From Eledone cirrhosa (taxonomy: Eukaryota), in assembly GCA_964016885.1 (NCBI GenBank), contig OZ024758.1, positions 36,208,001 to 36,272,000 on the forward strand: a stretch of 64,000 bases of DNA, read 5' to 3'. The translations under genes and the position numbers were made by a program. This document shows positions 41,301 to 54,400 of this stretch, piece by piece. The notes under the pieces are model-generated. The model had not been told where the DNA came from. It saw only the letters and a program-made list of their open reading frames with translations, and did not search any database. Position 1 is the first letter of the stretch. Each line of letters opens with the position of its first letter.

Positions 41301-44300
41301 TAGCTGTCAGAAGTAACTCCACTGTTGGTGAGAATTCATTTAAGTTCATGGTATTAGCTGTCAGAAGTAACTCCACTGTTGGTGAGAATTCATTTAAGTT
41401 CATGGTATTAGCTGTCAGAAGTAACTCCACTGTTGGTGAGAATTCATTTAAGTTCATGGTATTAGCTGTCAGAAGGAACTCCAATGTTGGTGAGAATTCA
41501 TTTAAGTCATGGTACTAGCTGTCAGAAGTAACTCCACTGTTGGTGAGAATTCATTTAAGTTCATGGTATTAGCTGTCAGAAGGAACGCCACTGTTGGTGA
41601 GAATTCATTTAAGTTCATGGTATTAGCTGTCAGAAGTAACTCCACTGTTGGTGAGAATTCATTTAAGTTCATGGTACTAGCTGTCAGAAGTAACTCCAAT
41701 GTTGGTGAGAATTCAATTAAGTTCATGGTATTAGCTGTCAGAAGGAACTCCACTGTTGCTGAGAATTCATTTAAGTTCATGGTATTAGCTGTCAGAAGTA
41801 ACTCCACTGTTGGTGAGAATTCATTTAAGTTCATGGTACTAGCTGTCAGAAGTAACTCCACTGTTGGTGAGAATTCATTTAAGTTCATGGTATTAGCTGT
41901 CAGAAGTCACTCCAATGTTGGTGAGAATTCATTTAGGTTCATGGTATTAGCTGTCAGAAGTCACTCCACTGTTGGTGAGAATTCATTTTAGTTCATGGTA
42001 CTAGCTGGCAGAAGTAAGCCCAATGTTGGTGAGAATTCATTTAAGTTCATGGTATTAGCTGTCAGAAGTCACTCCAATGTTGGTGAGAATTCATTTAAGT
42101 TCATGGTATTAGCTGTCAGAAGTAACTCCACTGTTGGTGAGAATTCATTTATGTTCATGGTATTAGTTTGTCAGAAGTAACTCCACTGTTGGTGAGAATT
42201 CATTTAAGTCATGGTATTAGTTGTCAGAAGAACTCCAATGTTGGTGAGAATTCATTTAAGTTCATGGTATTAGCTGTCAGAAGGAACTCCACTGTTGGTG
42301 AGAATTCATTTAAGTTCATGGTATTAGCTGTCAGAAGGAACTCCAATGTTGGTGAGAATTCATTTAAGTCATGGTACTAGCTGTCAGAAGTAACTCCACT
42401 GTTGGTGAGAATTCATTTAAGTTCATGGTATTAGCTGTCAGAAGTAACTCCACTGTTGGTGAGAATTCATTTAAGTCATGGTATTAGCTGTCAGAAGTAA
42501 CTCCATTGTTGGTGAGAATTCAATTAAGTCATGGTACTAGCTGTCAGAAGTAACTCCAATGTTGGTGAGAATTCATTTAAGTTCATGTTATTAGCTGTCA
42601 GAAGGAACTCCACTGTTGGTGAGAATTCATTTAAGTTCATGGTATTAGCTGTCAGAAGTAACTCCACTGTTGGTGAGAATTCATTTAAGTTCATGGTATT
42701 AGCTGTCAGAAGTAACTGCACCGTTGGTGAGAATTCATTTAAGTTCATGGTACTAGCTGTCAGAAGTAACTCCAATGTTGGTGAGAATTCATTTAAGTTC
42801 ATGGTATTAGCTGTCAGAAGTAACTCCACTGTTGGTGAGAATTCATTTAAGTTCATGGTATTAGCTGTCAGAAGTAACTCCACTGTTGGTGAGAATTCAT
42901 TTAAGTTCATGGTATTAGCTGTCAGAAGTAACTCCACTGTTGGTGAGAATTCATTTAAGTTCATGGTACTAGCTGTCAGAAGTAACTCCAATGTTGGTGA
43001 GAATTCATTTAAGTTCATGGTATTAGCTGTCAGAAGTAACTCCACTGTTGGTGAGAATTCATTTAAGTCATGGTATTAGCTGTCAGAAGTAACTCCACTG
43101 TTGGTGAGAATTCATTTAAGTTCATGGTATTAGCTGTCAGAAGTAACTCCACTGTTGGTGAGAATTCATTTAAGTTCATGGTACTAGCTGTCAGAAGTAA
43201 CTCCAATGTTGGTGAGAATTCATTTAAGTTCATGGTATTAGCTGTCAGAAGTAACTCCACTGTTGGTGAGAATTCATTTAAGTCATGGTATTAGCTGTCA
43301 GAAGTAACTCCACTGTTGGTGAGAATTCATTTAAGTTCATGGTATTAGCTGTCAGAAGTAACTCCACTGTTGGTGAGAATTCATTTAAGTTCATGGTACT
43401 AGCTGTCAGAAGTAACTCCACTGTTGGTGAGAATTCATTTAAGTTCATGGTAATAGCTGTCAGAAGTAACTCCACTGTTGGTGAGAATTCATTTAAGTCA
43501 TGGTATTAGCTGTCAGAAGTAACTCCAATGTTGGTGAGAATTCATTTAAGTCATGGTACTAGCTGTCAGAAGTAACTCCAATGTTGGTGAGAATTCATTT
43601 AAGTTCATGGTATTAGCTGTCAGAAGTAACTCCACTGTTGGTGAGAATTCATTTAAGTTCATGGTATTAGCTGTCAGAAGTAACTCCACTGTTGGTGAGA
43701 ATTCATTTAAGTCATGGTATTAGCTGTCAGAAGTAACTCCAATGTTGGTGAGAATTCATTTAAGTTCATGGTATTAGCTGTCAGAAGTCACTCCACTGTT
43801 GGTGAGAATTCATTTAAGTCATGGTATTAGCTGTCAGAAGTAACTCCATTGTTGGTGAGAATTCAATTAAGTCATGGTACTAGCTGTCAGAAGTAACTCC
43901 AATGTTGGTGAGAATTCATTTAAGTTCATGTTATTAGCTGTCAGAAGGAACTCCACTGTTGGTGAGAATTCATTTAAGTTCATGGTATTAGCTGTCAGAA
44001 GTAACTCCACTGTTGGTGAGAATTCATTTAAGTTCATGGTATTAGCTGTCAGAAGTAACTCCACTGTTGGTGAGAATTCATTTAAGTTCATGGTACTAGC
44101 TGTCAGAAGTAACTCCAATGTTGGTGAGAATTCATTTAAGTTCATGGTATTAGCTGTCAGAAGTAACTCCACTGTTGGTGAGAATTCATTTAAGTCATGG
44201 TATTAGCTGTCAGAAGTAACTCCACTGTTGGTGAGAATTCATTTAAGTTCATGGTATTAGCTGTCAGAAGTAACTCCACTGTTGGTGAGAATTCATTTAA

Positions 44301-44790
44301 GTTCATGGTACTAGCTGTCAGAAGTAACTCCAATGTTGGTGAGAATTCATTTAAGTTCATGGTATTAGCTGTCAGAAGTAACTCCACTGTTGGTGAGAAT
44401 TAATTTAAGTCATGGTATTAGTTGTCAGAAGTAACGCCAATGTTGGTGAGAATTCATTTAAGTTCATGGTACTAGCTGTCAGAAGTAACTCCACTGTTGG
44501 TGAGAATTCATTTAAGTTCATGGTAATAGCTGTCAGAAGTAACTCCACTGTTGGTGAGAATTCATTTAAGTCATGGTATTAGCTGTCAGAAGTAACTCCA
44601 ATGTTGGTGAGAATTCATTTAAGTCATGGTACTAGCTGTCAGAAGTAACTCCAATGTTGGTGAGAATTCATTTAAGTTCATGGTATTAGCTGTCAGAAGT
44701 AACTCCACTGTTGGTGAGAATTCATTTAAGTTCATGGTATTAGCTGTCAGAAGTAACTCCACTGTTGGTGAGAATTCATTTAAGTCATGG
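31720..44790 (+). repeat. Largest duplication: ~31720-37850 copied at ~38710-44790 (offset 6989, then 6936 after a one-monomer indel)
   Basis: ORF pairs are 31989/38978, 33067/40056, 33443/40432, 34250/41186, 34573/41509, 35059/41995, 35595/42531, 36938/43874 and 37261/44197. Private markers seen in both copies include TTCTTGG, TTGGGGAG, AAATCCAC, TTCGTTT, TTTTAG..GCTGGC..AAGCCC, AGAAGAACT and GAATTAATTTAAGTC. Confidence 0.93.
36300..38680 (+). repeat. Nested duplication, offset 1502 (28 monomers)
   Basis: ORF pairs are 36349/37851 and 36938/38440. The CCATTG...TCAATTAAG marker lies at ~36910 and ~38412. Confidence 0.85.
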
Positions 44791-46399
44791 TATTAGCTGT
44801 CAGAAGTAACTCCAATGTTGGTGAGAATTCATTTAAGTTCATGGTATTAGCTGTCAGAAGTCACTCCACTGTTGGTGAGAATTCATTTAAGTTCATGGTA
44901 CTAGCTGTCAGAAGTAACCCCAATGTTGGTGAGAATTCATTTAAGTTCATGGTATTAGCTGTCAGAAGTCACTCCAATGTTGGTGAGAATTCATTTAAGT
45001 TCATGGTATTAGCTGTCAGAAGTAACTCCACTGTTGGTGAGAATTCATTTAAGTTCATGGTATTAGCTGTCAGAAGTAACTCCACTGTTGGTGAGAATTC
45101 ATTTAAGTTCATGGTGCTAGCTGTCAGAAGTAACTCCACTGTTGGTGAGAATTCATTTAAGTTCATGGTATTAGCTGTCAGAAGTAACTCCACTGTTGGT
45201 GAGAATTCATTTAAGTTCATGGTATTAGCTGACAGAAGTCACTCCACTGTTGGTGAGGATTCATTTAAGTTCATGGTACTAGCTGTCAGAAGTAACTCCA
45301 ATGTTGGTGAGAATTCATTTAAATTCATGGTATTAGCTGTCAGAAGTAACTCCACTGTTGGTGAGAATTCATTTAAGTTCATGGTATTAGCTGTCAGAAG
45401 TAACTCCACTGTTGGTGAGAATTCATTTAAGTTCATGGTATTAGCTGTCAGAAGTAACTCCACTGTTGGTGAGAATTCATTTAAGTCCATGGTACTAGCT
45501 GTCAGAAGTAACTCCAATGTTGGTGAGAATTCATTTAAGTTCATGGTATTAGCTGTCAGAAGTAACTCCACTGTTGGTGAGAATTCATTTAAGTCATGGT
45601 ATTAGCTGTCAGAAGTAACTCCACTGTTGGTGAGAATTCATTTAAGTTCATGGTATTAGCTGTCAGAAGTAACTCCACTGTTGGTGAGAATTCATTTAAG
45701 TCATGGTATTAGCTGTCAGAAGTAACTCCACTGTTGGTGAGAATTCATTTAAGTTCATGGTATTAGCTGTCAGAAGTAACTCTACTGTTGGTGAGAATTC
45801 ATTTAAGTTCATGGTATTAGCTGTCAGAAGTAACTCCACTGTTGGTGATAATTCATTTAAGTTCATGGTATTAGTTTGTCAGAAGTAACTCCACTGTTGG
45901 TGAGAATTCATTTAAGTCATGGTATTAGTTGTCAGAAGTAACTCCAATGTTGGTGAGAATTCATTTAAGTTCATGGTACTAGCTGTCAGAAGTAACTCCA
46001 CTGTTGGTGAGAATTCATTTAAGTTCATGGTATTAGCTGTCAGAAGTAACTCCACTGTTGGTGAGAATTCATTTAAGTCATGGTACTGGCTGTCAGAAGT
46101 AACTCCAATGTTGGTGAGAATTCATTTAAGTTCATGGTATTAGCTGTCAGAAGTAACTCCACTGTTGGTGAGAATTCATTTAAGTTCATGGTATTAGCTG
46201 ACAGAAGTCACTCCACTGTTGGTGAGAATTCATTTAAGTTCATGGTATTAGCTGTCAGAAGTAACTCCACTGTTGGTGAGAATTCATTTAAGTCCATGGT
46301 ACTAGCTGTCAGAAGTAACTCCAATGTTGGTGAGAATTCATTTAAGTTCATGGTATTAGCTGTCAGAAGTAACTCCACTGTTGGTGAGAATTCATTTAA

Positions 46400-49300
46400 G
46401 TCATGGTATTAGCTGTCAGAAGTAACTCCACTGTTGGTGAGAATTCATTTAAGTTCATGGTATTAGCTGTCAGAAGTAACTCCACTGTTGGTGAGAATTC
46501 ATTTAAGTTCATGGTATTAGCTGTCAGAAGTAACTCCACTGTTGGTGAGAATTCATTTAAGTTCATGGTATTAGTTTGTCAGAAGTAACTCCACTGTTGG
46601 TGAGAATTCATTTAAGTCATGGTATTAGTTGTCAGAAGTAACTCCAATGTTGGTGAGAATTCATTTAAGTTCATGGTACTAGCTGTCAGAAGTAACTCCA
46701 CTGTTGGTGAGAATTCATTTAAGTCCATGGTACTAGCTGTCAGAAGTAACTCCAATGTTGGTGAGAATTCATTTAAGTTCATGGTATTAGCTGTCAGAAG
46801 TAACTCCACTGTTGGTGAGAATTCATTTAAGTCATGGTATTAGCTGTCAGAAATAACTCCACTGTTGGTGAGAATTCATTTAAGTTCATGGTATTAGCTG
46901 TCAGAAGTAACTCCACTGTTGGTGAGAATTCATTTAAGTCATGGTATTAGCTGTCAGAAGTAACTCCACTGTTGGTGAGAATTCATTTAAGTTCATGGTA
47001 TTAGCTGTCAGAAGTAACTCCACTGTTGGTGAGAATTCATTTAAGTTCATGGTATTAGCTGTCAGAAGTAACTCCACTGTTGGTGAGAATTCATTTAAGT
47101 TCATGGTATTAGTTTGTCAGAAGTAACTCCACTGTTGGTGAGAATTCATTTAAGTCATGGTATTAGTTGTCAGAAGTAACTCCAATGTTGGTGAGAATTC
47201 ATTTATGTTCATGGTACTAGCTGTCAGAAGTAACTCCACTGTTGGTGAGAATTCATTTAAGTTCATGGTATTAGCTGTCAGAAGTAACTCCACTGTTGGT
47301 GAGAATTCATTTAAGTCATGGTACTGGCTGTCAGAAGTAACTCCAATGTTGGTGAGAATTCATTTAAGTTCATGGTATTAGCTGTCAGAAGTAACTCCAC
47401 TGTTGGTGAGAATTCATTTAAGTTCATGGTATTAGCTGACAGAAGTCACTCCACTGTTGGTGAGAATTCATTTAAGTTCATGGTACTAGCTGTCAGAAGT
47501 AACTCCAATGTTGGTGAGAATTCATTTAAATTCATGGTATTAGCTGTCAGAAGTAACTCCACTGTTGGTGAGAATTCATTTAAGTTCATGGTATTAGCTG
47601 TCAGAAGTAACTCCACTGTTGGTGAGAATTCATTTAAGTCATGGTATTAGCTGTCAGAAGTAACTCCACTGTTGGTGAGAATTCATTTAAGTTCATGGTA
47701 TTAGCTGTCAGAAGTAACTCCACTGTTGGTGAGAATTCATTTAAGTTCATGGTATTAGTTTGTCAGAAGTAACTCCACTGTTGGTGAGAATTCATTTAAG
47801 TCATGGTATTAGTTGTCAGAAGTAACTCCAATGTTGGTGAGAATTCATTTAAGTTCATGGTACTAGCTGTCAGAAGTAACTCCACTGTTGGTGAGAATTC
47901 ATTTAAGTTCATGGTATTAGCTGTCAGAAGTAACTCCACTGTTGGTGAGAATTCATTTAAGTTCATGGTATTAGCTGACAGAAGTCACTCCACTGTTGGT
48001 GAGAATTCATTTAAGTTCATGGTACTAGCTGTCAGAAGTAACTCCAATGTTGGTGAGAATTCATTTAAATTCATGGTATTAGCTGTCAGAAGTAACTCCA
48101 CTGTTGGTGAGAATTCATTTAAGTTCATGGTATTAGCCGTCAGAAGTAACTCCACTGTTGGTGAGAATTCATTTAAGTCATGGTATTAGCTGTCAGAAGT
48201 AACTCCACTGTTGGTGAGAATTCATTTAAGTTCATGGTATTAGCTGTCAGAAGTAACTCCACTGTTGGTGAGAATTCATTTAAGTTCATGGTATTAGTTT
48301 GTCAGAAGTAACTCCACTGTTGGTGAGAATTCATTTAAGTCATGGTATTAGTTGTCAGAAGTAACTCCAATGTTGGTGAGAATTCATTTAAGTTCATGGT
48401 ACTAGCTGTCAGAAGTAACTCCACTGTTGGTGAGAATTCATTTAAGTCCATGGTACTAGCTGTCAGAAGTAACTCCAATGTTGGTGAGAATTCATTTAAG
48501 TTCATGGTATTAGCTGTCAGAAGTAACTCCACTGTTGGTGAGAATTCATTTAAGTCATGGTATTAGCTGTCAGAAATAACTCCACTGTTGGTGAGAATTC
48601 ATTTAAGTTCATGGTATTAGCTGTCAGAAGTAACTCCACTGTTGGTGAGAATTCATTTAAGTCATGGTATTAGCTGTCAGAAGTAACTCCACTGTTGGTG
48701 AGAATTCATTTAAGTTCATGGTATTAGCTGTCAGAAGTAACTCCACTGTTGGTGAGAATTCATTTAAGTTCATGGTATTAGCTGTCAGAAGTAACTCCAC
48801 TGTTGGTGAGAATTCATTTAAGTTCATGGTATTAGTTTGTCAGAAGTAACTCCACTGTTGGTGAGAATTCATTTAAGTCATGGTATTAGTTGTCAGAAGT
48901 AACTCCAATGTTGGTGAGAATTCATTTATGTTCATGGTACTAGCTGTCAGAAGTAACTCCACTGTTGGTGAGAATTCATTTAAGTTCATGGTATTAGCTG
49001 TCAGAAGTAACTCCACTGTTGGTGAGAATTCATTTAAGTCATGGTACTGGCTGTCAGAAGTAACTCCAATGTTGGTGAGAATTCATTTAAGTTCATGGTA
49101 TTAGCTGTCAGAAGTAACTCCACTGTTGGTGAGAATTCATTTAAGTTCATGGTATTAGCTGACAGAAGTCACTCCACTGTTGGTGAGAATTCATTTAAGT
49201 TCATGGTACTAGCTGTCAGAAGTAACTCCAATGTTGGTGAGAATTCATTTAAATTCATGGTATTAGCTGTCAGAAGTAACTCCACTGTTGGTGAGAATTC

Positions 49301-51470
49301 ATTTAAGTTCATGGTATTAGCTGTCAGAAGTAACTCCACTGTTGGTGAGAATTCATTTAAGTCATGGTATTAGCTGTCAGAAGTAACTCCACTGTTGGTG
49401 AGAATTCATTTAAGTTCAAGGTATTAGCTGTCAGAAGTAACTCCACTGTTGGTGAGAATTCATTTAAGTTCATGGTATTAGTTTGTCAGAAGTAACTCCA
49501 CTGTTGGTGAGAATTCATTTAAGTCATGGTATTAGCTGTCAGAAGTAACTCCACTGTTGGTGAGAATTCATTTAAGTTCATGGTATTAGCTGTCAGAAGT
49601 AACTCCACTGTTGGTGAGAATTCATTTAAGTTCATGGTATTAGCTGTCAGAAGTAACTCCACTGTTGGTGAGAATTCATTTAAGTTCATGGTATTAGTTT
49701 GTCAGAAGTAACTCCACTGTTGGTGAGAATTCATTTAAGTCATGGTATTAGTTGTCAGAAGTAACTCCAATGTTGGTGAGAATTCATTTAAGTTCATGGT
49801 ACTAGCTGTCAGAAGTAACTCCACTGTTGGTGAGAATTCATTTAAGTTCATGGTATTAGCTGTCAGAAGTAACTCCACTGTTGGTGAGAATTCATTTAAG
49901 TTCATGGTATTAGCTGACAGAAGTCACTCCACTGTTGGTGAGAATTCATTTAAGTTCATGGTACTAGCTGTCAGAAGTAACTCCAATGTTGGTGAGAATT
50001 CATTTAAATTCATGGTATTAGCTGTCAGAAGTAACTCCACTGTTGGTGAGAATTCATTTAAGTTCATGGTATTAGCTGTCAGAAGTAACTCCACTGTTGG
50101 TGAGAATTCATTTAAGTCATGGTATTAGCTGTCAGAAGTAACTCCACTGTTGGTGAGAATTCATTTAAGTTCATGGTATTAGCTGTCAGAAGTAACTCCA
50201 CTGTTGGTGAGAATTCATTTAAGTTCATGGTATTAGTTTGTCAGAAGTAACTCCACTGTTGGTGAGAATTCATTTAAGTCATGGTATTAGTTGTCAGAAG
50301 TAACTCCAATGTTGGTGAGAATTCATTTAAGTTCATGGTACTAGCTGTCAGAAGTAACTCCACTGTTGGTGAGAATTCATTTAAGTCCATGGTACTAGCT
50401 GTCAGAAGTAACTCCAATGTTGGTGAGAATTCATTTAAGTTCATGGTATTAGCTGTCAGAAGTAACTCCACTGTTGGTGAGAATTCATTTAAGTCATGGT
50501 ATTAGCTGTCAGAAATAACTCCACTGTTGGTGAGAATTCATTTAAGTTCATGGTATTAGCTGTCAGAAGTAACTCCACTGTTGGTGAGAATTCATTTAAG
50601 TCATGGTATTAGCTGTCAGAAGTAACTCCACTGTTGGTGAGAATTCATTTAAGTTCATGGTATTAGCTGTCAGAAGTAACTCCACTGTTGGTGAGAATTC
50701 ATTTAAGTTCATGGTATTAGCTGTCAGAAGTAACTCCACTGTTGGTGAGAATTCATTTAAGTTCATGGTATTAGTTTGTCAGAAGTAACTCCACTGTTGG
50801 TGAGAATTCATTTAAGTCATGGTATTAGTTGTCAGAAGTAACTCCAATGTTGGTGAGAATTCATTTAAGTTCATGGTACTAGCTGTCAGAAGTAACTCCA
50901 CTGTTGGTGAGAATTCATTTAAGTTCATGGTATTAGCTGTCAGAAGTAACTCCACTGTTGGTGAGAATTCATTTAAGTCATGGTACTGGCTGTCAGAAGT
51001 AACTCCAATGTTGGTGAGAATTCATTTAAGTTCATGGTATTAGCTGTCAGAAGTAACTCCACTGTTGGTGAGAATTCATTTAAGTTCATGGTATTAGCTG
51101 ACAGAAGTCACTCCACTGTTGGTGAGAATTCATTTAAGTTCATGGTACTAGCTGTCAGAAGTAACTCCAATGTTGGTGAGAATTCATTTAAATTCATGGT
51201 ATTAGCTGTCAGAAGTAACTCCACTGTTGGTGAGAATTCATTTAAGTTCATGGTATTAGCTGTCAGAAGTAACTCCACTGTTGGTGAGAATTCATTTAAG
51301 TCATGGTATTAGCTGTCAGAAGTAACTCCACTGTTGGTGAGAATTCATTTAAGTTCATGGTATTAGCTGTCAGAAGTAACTCCACTGTTGGTGAGAATTC
51401 ATTTAAGTTCATGGTATTAGTTTGTCAGAAGTAACTCCACTGTTGGTGAGAATTCATTTAAGTCATGGTA
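46400..51470 (+). repeat. Three related higher-order units with periods 1723 and 1939 bp (32 and 36 monomers)
   Basis: ORF triplets are 46619/48342/50281, 46941/48664/50603, 47157/48880/50819 and 47318/49041/50980. Markers are AAGTCCATG, GTACTGGC and AGAAATAACTCC. Confidence 0.88.
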
Positions 51471-54400
51471 TTAGTTGTCAGAAGTAACTCCAATGTTGGT
51501 GAGAATTCATTTAAGTTCATGGTACTAGCTGTCAGAAGTAACTCCACTGTTGGTGAGAATTCATTTAAGTTCATGGTAATAGCTGTCAGAAGTAACTCCA
51601 CTGTTGGTGAGAATTCATTTAAGTCATGGTATTAGCTGTCAGAAGTAACTCCAATGTTGGTGAGAATTCATTTAAGTCATGGTACTAGCTGTCAGAAGTA
51701 ACTCCAATGTTGGTGAGAATTCATTTAAGTTCATGGTATTAGCTGTCAGAAGTAACTCCACTGTTGGTGAGAATTCATTTAAGTTCATGGTATTAGCTGT
51801 CAGAAGTAACTCCACTGTTGGTGAGAATTCATTTAAGTCATGGTATTAGCTGTCAGAAGTAATTCCAATGTTGGTGAGAATTCATTTAAGTTCATGGTAT
51901 TAGCTGTCAGAAGTCACTCCACTGTTGGTGAGAATTCATTTAAGTTCATGGTACTAGCGGTCAGAAGTAACCCCAATGTTGGTGAGAATTCATTTAAGTT
52001 CATGGTATTAGCTGTCAGAAGTCACTCCAATGTTGGTGAGAATTCATTTAAGTTCATGGTATTAGCTGTCAGAAGTAACTCCACTGTTGGTAAGAATTCA
52101 TTTAAGTTCATGGTATTAGCTGTCAGAAGTAACTCCACTGTTGGTGAGAATTCATTTAAGTTCATGGTATTAGCTGTCAGAAGGAACGCCACTGTTGGTG
52201 AGAATTCATTTAAGTTCATGGTATTAGCTGTCAGAAGTAACTCCACTGTTGGTGAGAATTCATTTAAGTTCATGCTACTAGCTGTCAGAAGTAACTCCTA
52301 TGTTGGTGAGAATTCATTTAAGTTCATGGTATTAGCTGTCAGAAGGAACTCCACTGTTGCTGAGAATTCATTTAAGTTCATGGTATTAGCTGTCAGAAGT
52401 AACTCCACTGTTGGTGAGAATTCATTTAAGTTCATGGTGCTAGCTGTCAGAAGTAACTCCACTGTTGGTGCGAATTCATTTAAGTTCATGGTATTAGCTG
52501 TCAGAAGTAACTCCACTGTTGGTGAGAATTCATTTAAGTTCATGGTATTAGCTGACAGAAGTCACTCCACTGTTGGTGAGAATTCATTTAAGTTCATGGT
52601 ACTAGCTGTCAGAAGTAACTCCAATGTTGGTGAGAATTCATTTAAATTCATGGTATTAGCTGTCAGAAGTAACTCCACTGTTGGTGAGAATTCATTTAAG
52701 TTCATGGTATTAGCTGTCAGAAGTAACTCCACTGTTGGTGAGAATTCATTTAAGTTCATGGTATTAGCTGTCAGAAGTAACTCCACTGTTGGTGAGAATT
52801 CATTTAAGTTCATGGTACTAGCTGTCAGAAGTAACTCCAATGTTGGTGATAATTCATTTAAGTTCATGGTATTAGCTGTCAGAAGTAACTCCACTGTTGG
52901 TGAGTATTCATTTAAGTCATGGTATTAGCTGTCAGAAGTAACTCCACTGTTGGTGAGAATTCATTTAAGTTCATGGTATTAGCTGTCAGAAGTAACTCCA
53001 CTGTTGGTGAGAATTCATTTAAGTCATGGTATTAGCTGTCAGAAGTAACTCCACTGTTGGTGAGAATTCATTTAAGTTCATGGTATTAGCTGTCAGAAGT
53101 AACTCCACTGTTGGTGAGAATTCATTTAAGTTCATGGTATTAGCTGTCAGAAGTAACTCCACTGTTGGTGAGAATTCATTTAAGTTCATGGTATTAGTTT
53201 GTCAGAAGTAACTCCACTGTTGGTGAGAATTCATTTAAGTCATGGTATTAGTTGTCAGAAGTAACTCCAATGTTGGTGAGAATTCATTTAAGTTCATGGT
53301 ACTAGCTGTCAGAAGTAACTCCACTGTTGGTGAGAATTCATTTAAGTTCATGGTATTAGCTGTCAGAAGTAACTCCACTGTTGGTGAGAATTCATTTAAG
53401 TCATGATACTGGCTGTCAGAAGTAACTCCAATGTTGGTGAGAATTCATTTAAGTTCATGGTATTAGCTGTCAGAAGTAACTCCACTGTTGGTGAGAATTC
53501 ATTTAAGTTCATGGTATTAGCTGTCAGAAGTAACTCCACTGTTGGTGAGAATTCATTTAAGTCATGGTATTAGCTGTCAGAAGTAACTCCAATGTTGGTG
53601 AGAATTCATTTAAGTTCATGGTATTAGCTGTCAGAAGTCACTCCACTGTTGGTGAGAATTCATTTAAGTTCATGGTACTAGCTGTCAGAAGTAACCCCAA
53701 TGTTGGTGAGAATTCATTTAAGTTCATGGTACTAGCTGTCAGAAGTCACTCCAATGTTGGTGAGAATTCATTTAAGTTCATGGTATTAACTGTCAGAAGT
53801 AACTCCACTGTTGGTGAGAATTCATTTAAGTTCATGGTATTAGCTGTCAGAAGTCACTCCAATGTTGGTGAGAATTCATTTAAGTTCATGGTATTAGCTG
53901 TCAGAAGTCACTCCACTGTTGGTGAGAATTCATTTAAGTTCATGGTATTAGCTGTCAGAAGTAACTCCACTGTTGGTGAGAATTCATTTAAGTTCATGGT
54001 ATTAGCTGACAGAAGTCACTCCACTGTTGGTGAGAATTCATTTAAGTTCATGGTACTAGCTGTCAGAAGTAACTCCAATGTTGGTGAGAATTCATTTAAA
54101 TTCATGGTATTAGCTGTCAGAAGTAACTCCACTGTTGGTGAGAATTCATTTAAGTTCATGGTATTAGCTGTCAGAAGTAACTCCACTGTTGGTGAGAATT
54201 CATTTAAGTCATGGTATTAGCTGTCAGAAGTAACTCCACTGTTGGTGAGAATTCATTTAAGTTCATGGTATTAGCTGTCAGAAGTAACTCCACTGTTGGT
54301 GAGAATTCATTTAAGTTCATGGTATTAGTTTGTCAGAAGTAACTCCACTGTTGGTGAGAATTCATTTAAGTCATGGTATTAGTTGTCAGAAGTAACTCCA

